A DNA stretch of 64,000 nt from Candidatus Marinacidobacterales bacterium (GCA_965219415.1 CBDCNP010000002.1:3584001-3648000), one strand, 5' to 3'. Counted from the stretch's first letter, positions 29,477 through 43,203 are shown. Translations and numbers: made by a program. The notes: generated from the letters alone by a model not told the origin.

Positions 29477-29770
29477 ATGGGAGCCGAAAACCTCAACATC
29501 ATTTGTCCCTGCTGCGATGCAAAGCTCACCGTGCATCCCAGTACCGGCGCGATCTTGGCGCACGAGAAACCTCTCGAACGATCGGCGAAGAGCTTCGAAC
29601 AAGCAGTTTCCGACGAAAAGAGGCGCCGCGAGGAAGCGGAGGACCGCTTCGCTCAGTCGGTGAAGGAGCACGAGAACCGGGAGGAGATCCTCGAAAAGAA
29701 GTTCAAGGAAGCCTTCGAGAAGGCGGAAAAAGACGACAAGCCGCCTCCTCGCCCGTTCGACTTCGATTAG
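29477..29770 (+). CDS. Small hypothetical protein: CPCC-type Zn knuckle plus coiled coil
   Basis: GAGGAGG RBS; ICPCCDAKL.V...TG; charged helix; PPPRPFDFD. Confidence 0.75.
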   Translation: MGAENLNIICPCCDAKLTVHPSTGAILAHEKPLERSAKSFEQAVSDEKRRREEAEDRFAQSVKEHENREEILEKKFKEAFEKAEKDDKPPPRPFDFD

Positions 29771-29785
29771 GGATTTGGTGGCCCA

Positions 29786-32494
<2,709 letters not shown>

Positions 32495-32497
32495 GAC

Positions 32498-32591
32498 TTA
32501 ATGCTCGCTCCCGCCTACGCCCTTCGGGCTACGGGCGGGTCCGCCGAAGTCCACTAGCACGACACTGACGGAGGCGGACGCTCTTCAATCA
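32498..32591. repeat. 94-bp REP-like element
   Basis: CCGCCTACGCCCTTCGGGCTACGGGCGG core; inverted copy at 22312-22405. Confidence 0.85.
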
Positions 32592-32606
32592 CTGGCGCGG
32601 GGCCCC

Positions 32607-32652
32607 GCCGCCTGGCCACGCTGGGCTTCAGCAACAACCTAGTTTGGCGGCC
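32607..32652 (+). repeat. ~45-bp hairpin repeat family copy
   Basis: GCCGCCTGGCCAC...GCAACAACCTAGTTTGGCGGCC. Confidence 0.65.
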
Positions 32653-32784
32653 CCCACTCGCCTTCGCTCATAGCACGGCGACCGCACGCTCTTCATTCTG
32701 ACTGTTCTTGGTTGGACTTTCCAGCTCGTTTGTCTTCGTACGCTTCATTGAAAGTGAGAGGGTTTGCTGCTATACACTGCTGCC

Positions 32785-33540
32785 ATGGCCGACAAGCAGG
32801 CTCCTCTCGATTTCGGCAGGGCGCTCCGTTTCTTTTTCGAAGATCCCAAATGGGTGACCAAGATCATCCTTGGTGGCTTGTTTTCCGTTCTTTCCATCTT
32901 TCTCGTGGGGACGGTATTCGTCGCCGGCTACGTCGTGGGCATCACCCGCCGAGCCGCACGTGGTGAAACAAAACCTCTTCCGGAGTGGGACGATTTGGGG
33001 ACTCTCTTCGTCGACGGGGTAAGGGCCCTGGCCGTCTACTTGGGCCACCTCCTCCCCCTCGGGATTCTCGCCACCGTACTTGCCCTCGCGGTGGGCGGCG
33101 TCTTTCAATCAGATAGTGCTCCGGATTCGCTTCGCGTCATGGCCATGTTCATCGTATTCGCCGGCTACGTCCTCGTCACCGTCGCTAGCATTGCCGTTCT
33201 CCTGTATCTCCCGGCCGCCTTCACTCGATTCGTCGTCCAAGACAAAGTGGCGGCGGCGTTCGATGTCCGGGAGAACTTCCTTTTCATCAAACGCAACCTT
33301 GCAAACTACAGCTTGGCCCTTCTGGCCATCCTCGCCGCGAGCTTTCTATCGCAGTTCGGTATCATTCTCTTTTGCATTGGGATCTTCCCCGCCAGTTTCT
33401 GGTCGAGTTCGGTGGCGGGATTCGTCCTCGGCGAAGTCGCTCTGAAGGATTCTGGGACCACTTCGCGAACAGCGAAGGCACCGACTACTCCACCGACGAC
33501 GAACTCAGGAGAGGCTAGCTACACAGAGTTCCTGCCCTAA
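32785..33540 (+). CDS. DUF4013-family membrane protein
   Basis: DFGRALRFFFED.KW..K..LGG, GY, LPEWDDLG.LF.DG; several TM helices. Confidence 0.8.
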   Translation: MADKQAPLDFGRALRFFFEDPKWVTKIILGGLFSVLSIFLVGTVFVAGYVVGITRRAARGETKPLPEWDDLGTLFVDGVRALAVYLGHLLPLGILATVLALAVGGVFQSDSAPDSLRVMAMFIVFAGYVLVTVASIAVLLYLPAAFTRFVVQDKVAAAFDVRENFLFIKRNLANYSLALLAILAASFLSQFGIILFCIGIFPASFWSSSVAGFVLGEVALKDSGTTSRTAKAPTTPPTTNSGEASYTEFLP

Positions 33541-33542
33541 CC

Positions 33543-33660
33543 GGCGCCTGGCCACCTTGCTGTCGAGCACCTCGTTAGTTCGGCGCCCATCACGAACCGA
33601 GAGGCGCCTGGCCACCGCCGTCTGGCTACCTTCTTCTTGGCACAGCGTATTTTGACGGCC
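33543..33660 (+). repeat. Cluster of ~45-bp hairpin repeats
   Basis: 33543-33587, a stub at 33603, and 33617-33660 (GCCGTCTGGCTAC...GGCACAGCGTATTTTGACGGCC). Confidence 0.65.
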
Positions 33661-33746
33661 AGCCAATAGCCGGCCGCCTTGCGATCGCCGGTTCGCGCTC
33701 GCTACACTTCCAATAAACCCCCAGCGTGCCCATTTAGGATTAAGGA

Positions 33747-34448
33747 ATGTTTGCGATGCGTAGCCACATCGTTTTCACCGGCATCGTTCTATTGTCGTCC
33801 GCCGTTTCCTCGGCCGACAAGTTCGACGAGCGACTTCGACAGAGCGGTACGGTCATGAAGGAGATTCTCGACATGCCTGACTCCGTCCCCTTGGATCTGC
33901 TTCACAAGGCGGAGTGTGTCGTGGTGATGCCTTCGGTCAAGAAGTTCGCGTTCGGCATTGGCGGCAGCTACGGTGCGGGCGCGATGGTGTGCCGGAGCGG
34001 GAAGGGCTTCAACGGACCTTGGGGACCTCCATCCATGTACCGTATCGATGGAGGCAATATCGGATTCCAGATCGGAGGCCAGGCCACCGACTTCATCCTG
34101 CTCATCATAAATCCAAAGGGAGCGAATGCTCTGTTGAAGAGCAAGGTAAAACTAGGAGCCGATGCTTCCGCCGCCGCCGCCGGCCCCAAGGGCCGAGCCA
34201 CCGGCGCCGCGACCGATGCGACGATGCATGCGGAAATCTTGACTTACTCTCGGAACCGCGGTTTGTTCGCCGGCGTTTCCTTGGAAGGCTCAAGCCTGCG
34301 ATCGGACAATAATGCGAACGAAGAGATCTATGGTTACGAGATCTCGGCTCGCGACATCGTTTTGGGAAGTGAGGTCGCAACTCCCGCAGCGGCGAGCAAG
34401 CTCGTACGCCTGCTCCAAGAGGCATCTCCCAAGAACCTATCCGAGTAA
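33747..34448 (+). CDS. Lipid-binding SYLF (Ysc84-like) domain protein, exported
   Basis: P.VKK.AFGIGG.YG.G...CR, GFQIGGQATD, AAGP.GR, YSR.RGLFAGVSLEG. Confidence 0.9.
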   Translation: MFAMRSHIVFTGIVLLSSAVSSADKFDERLRQSGTVMKEILDMPDSVPLDLLHKAECVVVMPSVKKFAFGIGGSYGAGAMVCRSGKGFNGPWGPPSMYRIDGGNIGFQIGGQATDFILLIINPKGANALLKSKVKLGADASAAAAGPKGRATGAATDATMHAEILTYSRNRGLFAGVSLEGSSLRSDNNANEEIYGYEISARDIVLGSEVATPAAASKLVRLLQEASPKNLSE

Positions 34449-35360
34449 CTACTTTCGGATTTCTTCCATCTCTTCGAGCGTCCGTGGCCAATCACCCTTG
34501 AGCAATCGGGAAAGCGCTCTATCGGCGAGTAGCTTCCCTCCCGTCTGGCAACGCGCACAATAGTTCGTCTCGTTCTCCGCGTAGACGATGCGCTGCACCG
34601 GCGAGTCGCAAACCGGGCAAGGCTTCCCGTAACGGCCGTGGACTGCCATGGCCGGCCGGAAGGCGGTAACCTTCTTCGGAAACTCTCCGCCGGCTTCGTC
34701 GCGGAGCCGGTCGGTCCACTCCCGAAGCGCGTCGCGGGTTGCGCGATAGAGCCGCTCGATCTCATCGTCGTCGAGTCTTTGGGTCCACTTTATTGGGGAT
34801 AACCCCGCCCGATGGAGGATCTCATCTGAGTAAGCATTACCGATGCCGCTGAAGAGCCTCGAATCGGTCAGGGTCCGCTTCAAAGTGTGGTTCTCACTAA
34901 GGAGAACCCTTCGAAACGCCTCCAGTTCGGCTTCCAGAACTTCGATCCCACCGGGGTTCACCGTCGAGAGCCCCGCCTGCCCGCGCACCAAATGAAGCGA
35001 GGCCCGTTTCTTGGTGCCGGCCTCGGTGAGGATCAGCGTGCCTGAGCTGAAATCGAAGGCGGCCAGCCCCCTTCTTCCGGGGACCTTGGGTCTCGTCTCG
35101 TCGCCCACGCTCGGCTTCCATTGGAATCGCCCCGCAATCATCAGGTGAATCACCAGGAAGAGGTCTCCCTCGAGACCGATGACGATTCTCTTACCGATCC
35201 GTCGCAACCCGACTACCTTTCTCCCGGCGGCATCGGCAATCGGAGGGTCCACTGAACGCAGAAGGAACGGGCTGGCAATGCGGATCCTCTCGAGAACCTG
35301 AGCGAGAATCCTGGCCTCGAGGGCCTCGACATACACCGTGACATCGGGCAGCTCTGGCAT
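34449..35360 (-). CDS. Fpg/Nei-family DNA glycosylase
   Basis: N-terminal [25 protein letters not shown] (H2TH), CPVC...YCARCQ Zn finger. Confidence 0.92.
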   Translation of the reverse strand: MPELPDVTVYVEALEARILAQVLERIRIASPFLLRSVDPPIADAAGRKVVGLRRIGKRIVIGLEGDLFLVIHLMIAGRFQWKPSVGDETRPKVPGRRGLAAFDFSSGTLILTEAGTKKRASLHLVRGQAGLSTVNPGGIEVLEAELEAFRRVLLSENHTLKRTLTDSRLFSGIGNAYSDEILHRAGLSPIKWTQRLDDDEIERLYRATRDALREWTDRLRDEAGGEFPKKVTAFRPAMAVHGRYGKPCPVCDSPVQRIVYAENETNYCARCQTGGKLLADRALSRLLKGDWPRTLEEMEEIRK

Positions 35361-35408
35361 AGTGTGGCCGTCATCCTCCCATAAAGATGCAAGCTCGAAA
35401 AGCTCTAG

Positions 35409-35512
35409 GGCCGTCTGTCCACGTGGCTCGTTGGCACGACCTATTTTGACGGCCGAACGGGGAGCGGGTATCGTCTAAACACACTTATCCGTCGCACAAG
35501 GTTTTTGACGGC
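35409..35512 (+). repeat. Two tandem ~45-bp hairpin repeats
   Basis: GGCCGTCTGTCCAC...GGCACGACCTATTTTGACGGCC (35409-35454) and a degenerate copy at 35471-35512. Confidence 0.65.
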
Positions 35513-35529
35513 ACCGCGGCGAGGAGGAG

Positions 35530-36309
35530 TTGATGACCGAACGACGCTTCGAGGGGAAAATCGCGCTGGTCACCGGAGCTACCAGTGGGATCGGCAAGGC
35601 CACCGCGGAGGCCTTTGCCCGCGAAGGGGCAAAGGTGGCACTGGTGGCCCGTCGAAAAGACGCCCTCGCCAAGCTGGCTCGCAGCATAGAGTCCGACGGA
35701 GGTACCGCACTCCCCCTCGCGGGTGATGTCACACGCGAAGGAGATCGGACCCGCATCGTTGACCAACTGACCTCCGAGTGGGGCGCTCTCGACGTTTTGG
35801 TCAATGCCGCGGGAATCATCGCTTTCGGCACCATAGAGAACACGAGCCTCGAGGCCTGGCAGGAGATGTTCGATATCAACGTCGTCGCGGTGTACCGACT
35901 GACTCAACTCGCCCTACCTCTCTTAACCCCTCGTAAGGGTAACGTGGTCATCGTTTCCAGCGTGACCGGCTTGCGATCTTTTCCTGGCGTCCTCGCCTAT
36001 TGTTCTAGCAAGGCTGCGGTGGATCAGCTCGCGCGGTGCGCTGCCTTGGAGCTTGCTGACAAGGGTGTGCGCGTGAATGCAGTGAACCCGGGGGTAGTCG
36101 TCACCAACTTGCACCGGGAGGGTGGGCTCGAAGAGGAGGCGTACCAGGCGTTCCTGGAGAAAAGCAAAACCACCCATCCGCTGGGTCGAGTGGGGACGCC
36201 TAAAGAGCTCGCCGACCTCATACTATTCCTCTCGTCTGACAACGCGGGTTGGATCACCGGCGCCACCGTACCCATCGACGGCGGACGCGCTCTCACCTGC
36301 GCGCGCTAG
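35530..36309 (+). CDS. Short-chain dehydrogenase/reductase
   Basis: TGATSGIG, NAAG, YCSSKAA, VRVNAVNPG. Confidence 0.95.
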   Translation: MMTERRFEGKIALVTGATSGIGKATAEAFAREGAKVALVARRKDALAKLARSIESDGGTALPLAGDVTREGDRTRIVDQLTSEWGALDVLVNAAGIIAFGTIENTSLEAWQEMFDINVVAVYRLTQLALPLLTPRKGNVVIVSSVTGLRSFPGVLAYCSSKAAVDQLARCAALELADKGVRVNAVNPGVVVTNLHREGGLEEEAYQAFLEKSKTTHPLGRVGTPKELADLILFLSSDNAGWITGATVPIDGGRALTCAR

Positions 36310-36442
36310 GGCACTGACGCGCCACGTGCTCGACGAAGGTGCGTCGGTGGTGTATCCTATTTTTATCACCTGAAAAAACTGAGTCGAGCCATCCTCGGGG
36401 AGCTCTCACCCGAGATGTCGTTTCTTCCCTTGGGAGGGATCC

Positions 36443-38756
36443 ATGTGCGCTACGCCAGCCGCCGCGGCCGTGACGATTCAAAGTGCCGCCTACAAAGACC
36501 AACTTCTCGAGATCGCCAATCGGGTCAACGCCGCCTCCGGAGTGCGGCAGATCCTTGCCACGCTTAAGGATCGGATTCCGGCTCTCCTCGGCTGCGAAAA
36601 TGTCACCGTGTACGCCCTAGACGTCAAGGTTCAGCAACTCTACACTTTGATGAAAGCAGGTGAGGGCATCAAGGAGATTCGGATTCCCAAGAACTTCACA
36701 TCCCTCGCTGGCTTCGCCGCACTCTCCAAGAAATTGGTCAACATTCAAGATGCGTACAACACCGCGGAGCTGCAACGAATTCATTCCAACCTCCGGTTCG
36801 ACCGCAGTTGGGACGAAAAGGCGGGGTTTCGCACCAAGGAGGTGCTAGCTGCTCCCATCTTGTTCGAAAAGTACCTGATGGGTGTCCTCCAAGCAATCAA
36901 CAAGAAGGACGGGAACACGTTCACCGGAGATGACGAGGCGGCCATTCACGAGATCACCCGGATTCTGGGAGTGGCCCTCTACAATCAACGGCGGGTTACC
37001 AGACAAACCCAACCCAACAAGTTCGGCTGCTACCTTATCGACAAGGGGATCATTTCAGAAAAACAACTCAACGATGCCGTAGCAAATGTTCGAGTCAACG
37101 CGCCGGACATCGGGTCTGTCCTCATCACTAAACTCAACGTTCCGAAAGCGGAGTTAGGTCAATCGCTGGCCACCTTCTACAACACCGAGTTCTTCAACTG
37201 GGACGGAAGCCAGGGCGTTCCCGCCGACGTCAAGGATCGGGTTCCTTCGGACTTCTTGCTCAAGAACGTGTGTGTTCCGATCCGAAAGGAAGCAGGGACG
37301 ACGACCTTCGTGGTAGAAGATCCCTTCGACCTCGCTCGGCTGGATGTCATCAAAGTTCTCGGCATTTCACCCAACTACGAGTTCTGGATCGGTCTCCGCG
37401 AAGACATCCTGGAGTGCATCAAGGGGAACTATGGAATCGAGGGTAAGACTAAAGACTCCATGGACAACATTCTTTCCGAACTGAGCGAGCTTGGTTCGGG
37501 AGAAGTACTGGTCGAGGAGGAAGATACTCCAGACCCGTAAGCCGAGGAGTTAGACGAGAAAGACAACGTCATCGTACGCTTGGCGAATCAGGTCATTCTC
37601 GAGGCACACCGTAGGGGCGCGTCCGACATCCATGTGGAGCCGTACGGCTCCAAGAACCCCTGCATGGTTCGGTTCCGGATCGACGGCCAATGCCAGGTGT
37701 TCATGGAGGTCCCGGGTAGCTACCGCAACGCCTTGGTCTCGCGGCTCAAGATCATGGCCCGGTTGGATATTTCCGAGAGACAGAAACCGCAGGACGGCAA
37801 AATTCGCTTCAAGGGTCCTATGGGGCAAATCGAGCTACGCGTGGCCACCCTCCCCACGACCAACAACAACGAAGACGTGGTGATGCGCCTACTCGCAGTC
37901 TAAACCGCTACCACTCGACAAGCTGGGCATGAGCGACAGAAACTTGGCGGAGCTTCGGGGCATTGCCGCCAAACCGTATGGAATCTTTCTCTGCGTCGGT
38001 CCTACCGGTTCCGGAAAAACGACGGCCCTTCATTCCTGCGTCGGCTCCATCAACACGCCGGACCGCAAGATTTGGACTGTCGAGGATCCAGTGGAGATCA
38101 CGCAACGCGGCCTCCGCCAGGTGCAGATCAATCTCAAGAAGGAACTGAACTTCGCTAAGGCGATGCGAGCCTTCTTGCGTGCCGACCCCGACGTCATCAT
38201 GGTGGGAGAGATGCGTGATCACGAGACCGCGGCCATTGGCGTGGAGGCCTCGTTGACGGGGCACATGGTCTTATCCACCCTTCACACCAACTCGGCGCCC
38301 AAAACCATCACTCGGCTCCTGGACATGGACCTCGATCCGTTCAACTTCGCGGATGCCCTCCTCGGCATTCTCGCCCAGCGCCTAACGCGTACCCTGTGCA
38401 AGAGCTGCAAGGAAACCTACCATCCAGCGGCTGGCGAGTTCGAGGAGCTGCTGTAGCTCTACGGAGAAGAATACGCCGACCGGCTGGGCGTCAAGTACTC
38501 GAAAAATCTTCGGCTCTTCCGCCCCAAGGGATGCAAGGAATGTAACGAAACGGGATACAAAGCGCGGATGGGCCTCCACGAGCTTCTGGTTGCCACCGAC
38601 GTCACCAAGTCACTCATCGCGAAACGGGCTTCGATCGAAGAGATCCGAAATCAAGCCATGAAAGAAGGCATGACCACACTCCTCCAAGATGGGATCTGGA
38701 AAGTTCTGGGTGGGCACATCGACCTGAAGTCGGTGAAGGCAGTTTGCATCAAGTAG
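36443..38756 (+). pseudogene. GAF-domain GspE/PulE/PilB-type secretion ATPase, inactivated
   Basis: GAF domain, ASDIHVEP, PQDGKI, GPTGSGKTT, LRADPDVIMVGEMRD; in-frame TAA 37538-40, frameshift near 37898, in-frame TAG 38454-56. Confidence 0.9.
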
Positions 38757-38759
38757 AGA

Positions 38760-40415
38760 TCATCGGGCGGCGGCTCTCGTCTGTTTGAAGCGGAGAACGC
38801 CTTCCACGGTCAGCCAGACCGCCAACACCAGTAGGATCAGGCCCACCGCGAGCAGCAAATAGTTCTCGTCGTTGTAGAAATTTCTCACGTTCAACACCAT
38901 CGCCACCATCGTGGTGACCAACATGAAGATCATCGGAATCAGCGTGAAGAGATAGTTCGCTCGTCGCTGGATGAGATAGAGAGTGACCGTGAGCAGGGTG
39001 AGTCCCCCAAGAATCTGATTCGTCGTTCCAAAGAGCGCCCAAAGAGCCAAACCAGCCGGCTGACCGTTCACTTTGAAGAAGGCGAAGAAACCGATGGCCG
39101 CAACGGCGAGCAGAGACGACACGTAACGATTGCCCAGCGCGGGAAGCTTTACCGTCGCGGATACTTCCTGGATGTTGAAGCGGAGGAGACGGGTCCCCGA
39201 ATCGAGAGTGGTCAAGGCAAAAGAAACCGCGACCAAAGCCACGAAGGCCCGGCCGGCCGACTCGGGGAGTCCGAGCTGGCTCAGAAAGAGTCCGGAGCCG
39301 TTGATAAAGGCCGACATGCTCTGACCCAGCCCGCGCGCTACGTCCCAGCTTGCGTAGTGCTCGCGCCATGCCGTCGAGCTGGCGAAGCCCGCTGTCGTCG
39401 CCAACACCGCGGCTAGCCCAAGCAGGCTCTCTCCGATCATCCCTCCGTAACCGATAAAGGTCGCGTCCGTCTCCTTGTCAATCTGCTTGGCGGTGGTTCC
39501 CGAGGAAACGAGACCGTGGAAACCGGAGATGGCTCCGCAAGCGATCACGATGAAAACGAACGGAAAGAGCGGCGGGGCTCCCTCGGGATGAGTTTGCACG
39601 GCGGGTGCCACGAAGTCGGGTCTAAGTATCAGAAACCCGATAAAAATAGATCCGAGACCCAGATAGAGCAGCAAGGAATTTAGAAAATCGCGAGGCTGAA
39701 GCAGCAACCAAACCGGGAGCACCGAGGCCAGAAAAGCATAGACGAGGAGAATGCCGTTCCAGCCGTCGACGGATAAACCCGGCCTGGGCAATCGGAGACC
39801 TAGGTAAACGGCGATTAGCGTAAGAGCGAACCCTGCTGCGGTGAGGGGGCCCAACGACACGCCCTTCTTGTAAATCAGGACTCCCATCGCAACCGCGAGC
39901 GTCATGAGTGCGAAGCTAGGGAAGACCGCCTCCGGATAGAAGGCGGGAGTGAACAGCTGCGCCACGACCTGAACAAAGACGCCCATCGCGAGGGCAATCA
40001 GAAAAAAGATGATGGCGTGAAAAAGGCTCTTGGCGCGGGGCCCGATGATGGACTCCGCGACTTTGCCGATCGACTTCCCCTTCGCTCTCATGCTTACCAC
40101 CAGGGCACTGAAGTCGTGGACCGCTCCTATGAGCAGCGTCCCGAAAACCACCCAAATCATGGCTGGCAGCCAACCCCAGATCACCGCGATCGCGGGACCC
40201 AGCATCGGGGATAGGCCGGCGATGGAAGCATAGTGGTGCCCGAACAACACGGTCTTTCGACTGGGAACGTAGTCGAACCCGTCCTCCAGCTCGTGCGCTG
40301 GGGTAATCGCCTTCGGATCCAGCTCGAAGACCTTCCTGGCCAAATGCCTGGCGTACAAACGGTACCCAAGCAGGTAAGCAGCAAAGCACACCAGAGTTGC
40401 CGCGGCCGCACTCAT
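38760..40415 (-). CDS. cstA: Carbon starvation protein A family transporter
   Basis: TPAH...DG.DYVP, LFGHHYASIAG, GAVHDF, PVWLLLQPRD, IACGAISGFH, LFGTTNQ. Confidence 0.93.
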   Translation of the reverse strand: MSAAAATLVCFAAYLLGYRLYARHLARKVFELDPKAITPAHELEDGFDYVPSRKTVLFGHHYASIAGLSPMLGPAIAVIWGWLPAMIWVVFGTLLIGAVHDFSALVVSMRAKGKSIGKVAESIIGPRAKSLFHAIIFFLIALAMGVFVQVVAQLFTPAFYPEAVFPSFALMTLAVAMGVLIYKKGVSLGPLTAAGFALTLIAVYLGLRLPRPGLSVDGWNGILLVYAFLASVLPVWLLLQPRDFLNSLLLYLGLGSIFIGFLILRPDFVAPAVQTHPEGAPPLFPFVFIVIACGAISGFHGLVSSGTTAKQIDKETDATFIGYGGMIGESLLGLAAVLATTAGFASSTAWREHYASWDVARGLGQSMSAFINGSGLFLSQLGLPESAGRAFVALVAVSFALTTLDSGTRLLRFNIQEVSATVKLPALGNRYVSSLLAVAAIGFFAFFKVNGQPAGLALWALFGTTNQILGGLTLLTVTLYLIQRRANYLFTLIPMIFMLVTTMVAMVLNVRNFYNDENYLLLAVGLILLVLAVWLTVEGVLRFKQTRAAAR

Positions 40416-40511
40416 ATCTCTCCCCCTTTGGAGTCGTTGCCTACCGACGGTAGCGGATTATAGGAGAACGCATTGCGCGGGGCCACCCCATCGGATAGGC
40501 TTTTCGGAAAC

Positions 40512-41807
40512 ATGAGACCTCTGCAAGGATTCCGGGATTTTTATCCGGAGGAGCTCGCACTAAGGAACTATCTCTTCGATACCTGGCGAAGGGTCGCGCG
40601 GAACTACGGCTTTTCCGAGTACGACGGGCCTCCCCTGGAGGAACTGGAGCTGTATAAGAGGAAGTCCGGAGACGAGATCGTCGGCCAGCTCTACCACTTC
40701 GTCGACAAGGGTGGGCGGGACGTCGCGCTCCGGCCCGAAATGACGCCGACCCTCGGTCGCATGATGGCGGCCCGAGCGACTCAACTACCGAAACCCATCA
40801 AGTGGTTCTCCGTCCCCCAACTTTTTCGCTACGAACGAAAGCAAAGGGGGAGACTACGAGAGCACTTCCAGCTGAACATGGACATCATCGGTGCCCCCGA
40901 GGTCGAAGCGGACGCCGAGCTACTGGCGGCGGTGTTGGATATCCAACGGGCCCTCGGGCTTACCGAAAAGGACGTCGTGGCCCGCGTCAACGATCGTCGG
41001 ATTGTAGCGGGCGCTTTGACGCTTCTCGAAGTGACGGAAGAACAAATACCCGCGGTGTACAACGCCATCGACAAGTTTCGCAAGGTACCCGACCTGACTT
41101 TTCGGGAGCTACTCGGCGAGGCTGGCGTGCCTCCGAACCACGTCGACAGCCTAGCGAGTCTTTGCTCCGGTGACGCGTCACTCTTCGAGTGGTTCGCGCC
41201 ACAAGTCGATCGAGCCGGGCTAGAAGAGACCGCCGAAGCGCTCGCCGCGCTCGAACGCTATTTGGACTTGCTGGGAAAACAAGGACTCGGCGGTTTCGTT
41301 AGCGTGGATTTTTCCGTCGTGCGGGGTCTTGCCTACTACACCGGCATCGTTTTCGAGCTCTATGACCGGCAAGGGGAGCTACGCGCAATTTGCGGCGGGG
41401 GTCGTTACGACAACCTGATCGCAGTCTTGGGTGGGCCGGATATCCCCGCCCTGGGCTTCGGGATGGGGGACGTCGTCCAGACGGAACTTCTCAAAGATCA
41501 CGGGCTCCTGCCAAAGACTCCCTCGCGTGTCGCGGTGGCGGTGATCCCGGTGGGAGAGACGCTTGCCGATGCGGCCCGCTCGGTGACCCGACAGCTGCGG
41601 GAAGCGGGGATATCCGCTGAAACTCCCTTTTCGCCAGCCGGCGTGGCCAAAGATCTCAAGGCGGCCGATCGCTCTCACGCTCGCTTCGCCGTCATCGTCG
41701 GACCCGACGAGTGGTCGGCGGGGGAAGCGAAGTTGAAGGATCTTCGTTCCGGAACGGAAGAGCGGCTCTCCATAGAGGGCATCGTCGAGATCATTGGCCG
41801 GAGCTGA
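40512..41807 (+). CDS. hisS: Histidine--tRNA ligase
   Basis: GFRDFYP, LRPEMTP, FRYER.QRGRLREHFQ, VRGLAYYTG, GGGRYD; C-terminal anticodon-binding domain. Confidence 0.96.
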   Translation: MRPLQGFRDFYPEELALRNYLFDTWRRVARNYGFSEYDGPPLEELELYKRKSGDEIVGQLYHFVDKGGRDVALRPEMTPTLGRMMAARATQLPKPIKWFSVPQLFRYERKQRGRLREHFQLNMDIIGAPEVEADAELLAAVLDIQRALGLTEKDVVARVNDRRIVAGALTLLEVTEEQIPAVYNAIDKFRKVPDLTFRELLGEAGVPPNHVDSLASLCSGDASLFEWFAPQVDRAGLEETAEALAALERYLDLLGKQGLGGFVSVDFSVVRGLAYYTGIVFELYDRQGELRAICGGGRYDNLIAVLGGPDIPALGFGMGDVVQTELLKDHGLLPKTPSRVAVAVIPVGETLADAARSVTRQLREAGISAETPFSPAGVAKDLKAADRSHARFAVIVGPDEWSAGEAKLKDLRSGTEERLSIEGIVEIIGRS

Positions 41808-41848
41808 CACCAGTCGCACTCGTCTCGCCGACTCGTCCCGCCGTCGCT

Positions 41849-42103
41849 TTAGCGAATGCGGACTTTCTCTATGTGGACGTGCTCACCTTCCTCGGTCACT
41901 CTGAATCGGGCACCGATCGGAAAAAGGTCGAGAATGCGAAAGGCCGGCAACGGCCGCGAGGAGTCGCGCATGTACTCCTCACCGTCCGCGACCAGCGCTC
42001 CCACGAAGAGGAGCTCCCTCCACTTGCGGCGCGGGATCTTGAACGAATCCGTCCCCCCTTCGATGTCTAGGAACGGCTTGTTGGGATCGGGGCGGCGTGC
42101 CAT
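41849..42103 (-). CDS. Small hypothetical protein
   Basis: MARRPDPNKPFLDIEGG...WRELLFVGAL...RDSSRPLPAF; plausible codon usage; fills the gap. Confidence 0.6.
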   Translation of the reverse strand: MARRPDPNKPFLDIEGGTDSFKIPRRKWRELLFVGALVADGEEYMRDSSRPLPAFRILDLFPIGARFRVTEEGEHVHIEKVRIR

Positions 42104-42121
42104 CGGGGCTATAGTGTACCA

Positions 42122-42850
42122 GTGGCTGCCGTCCGCATCGTCCTCGTTCGTCCCGAGCACTCGGCCAACATAGGTGCGGCTGCCCGGGCCATCGCCAATA
42201 TGGGACTGGCGGGGCTGGACCTCGTATCCCCAGGCGATTGGCGCACCGTCGAGGCTTGGCGAATGGCCTGGCGTTCCGAGGACACGCTAGAACAGGCGCG
42301 GGTCTTCGATTCTCTCGACGGAGCTCTCGCGGGGTCCGTATGCACCGCCGGGTTGACTGGGAGATCGGGTGGCCGCGTCGAACCGATCACAGTACGGACC
42401 ATGGCTGAGCAAATCGCGTCTCTCCCGGACGAAGCGCAAGTGTCGCTGGTCTTCGGACCAGAATCCAAGGGGCTGCCCGAGCAAGACCTGCTCCGTTGCC
42501 AGAGACGAGTGCGCATCCCCTCTCATCCCGACCAACCTTCGCTAAACCTCGCGCAAGCGGTAATGGTCATGGCCTACGAAGTGTTCGTGAGCGGCCTCGT
42601 ATGCGGAGCCTCGGCATCACAGCACACTGAACGCGCGGAGCAGGGCGACGTCGAACGCGCTCTTAGCTTTTTGCGGGATGCGATGCTCGAAATCGGGTTC
42701 CTCACAATTGAAAACCCCGAAGCGCGCTTCGTCGAGTGGCGTGAGCTTTTCGGCCGTGCCGGGCTTAGCGAACGTGACGTGAAGCTCATCCTTGCATTGG
42801 CACGCCGCATCCGCGGAGCACGCCGAGCCACTGGCGACTCCGACTCTTGA
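42122..42850 (+). CDS. TrmJ/TrmH (SPOUT) RNA methyltransferase
   Basis: IVLVRP....NIGAAARA..NMG, LVFGPE..GL, SLNLAQAV. Confidence 0.9.
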   Translation: MAAVRIVLVRPEHSANIGAAARAIANMGLAGLDLVSPGDWRTVEAWRMAWRSEDTLEQARVFDSLDGALAGSVCTAGLTGRSGGRVEPITVRTMAEQIASLPDEAQVSLVFGPESKGLPEQDLLRCQRRVRIPSHPDQPSLNLAQAVMVMAYEVFVSGLVCGASASQHTERAEQGDVERALSFLRDAMLEIGFLTIENPEARFVEWRELFGRAGLSERDVKLILALARRIRGARRATGDSDS

Positions 42851-42860
42851 ACTGTTGGTG

Positions 42861-43145
42861 CTACACGCAGAGGAGAGTGGTCGTGTGGGTGACGCCCTTC
42901 AACCCCCCGATGGTACCGGCAACGACACCCGAAATGTCCTTGAGCTCCCCGACCTCGAGGGAGACGACGATGTCGAAGGGGCCGGTGACGGGATCGACGC
43001 CCTTGACCGCAGCCATCTTTTCGAGCGCCCGGATCACCGCAGCCACTCGCCCCGGAAGGGTCTGGACCAAAACGAAGGCCCGCACCAGCTTCGCGGAACC
43101 CCGGGAGCGGGCTCTCGAGGATGGTCGTTTCTGCAAACCGCCCAT
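42861..43145 (-). CDS. Lrp/AsnC ligand-binding domain protein
   Basis: AGGAGG RBS; AFVLV...PG, VTGPFDIVV, GVTHTTTL. Confidence 0.8.
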   Translation of the reverse strand: MGGLQKRPSSRARSRGSAKLVRAFVLVQTLPGRVAAVIRALEKMAAVKGVDPVTGPFDIVVSLEVGELKDISGVVAGTIGGLKGVTHTTTLLCV

Positions 43146-43175
43146 GCTCGACCTCCTAGGGGTGGGGCCTTGACT

Positions 43176-43203
43176 TTGACCGGAGCACTGGATCTGATAG
43201 TAT
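43176..43203 (+). promoter_or_regulatory. Putative sigma70 promoter for rho
   Basis: TTGACC-N16-TAGTAT with TGn extension. Confidence 0.35.

Noticed and set aside
37538-37540. Stop-codon read-through in the PilB-like gene
   Set aside because: The codon is TAA, it is not at a Cys position, and the gene also has a frameshift and a TAG.
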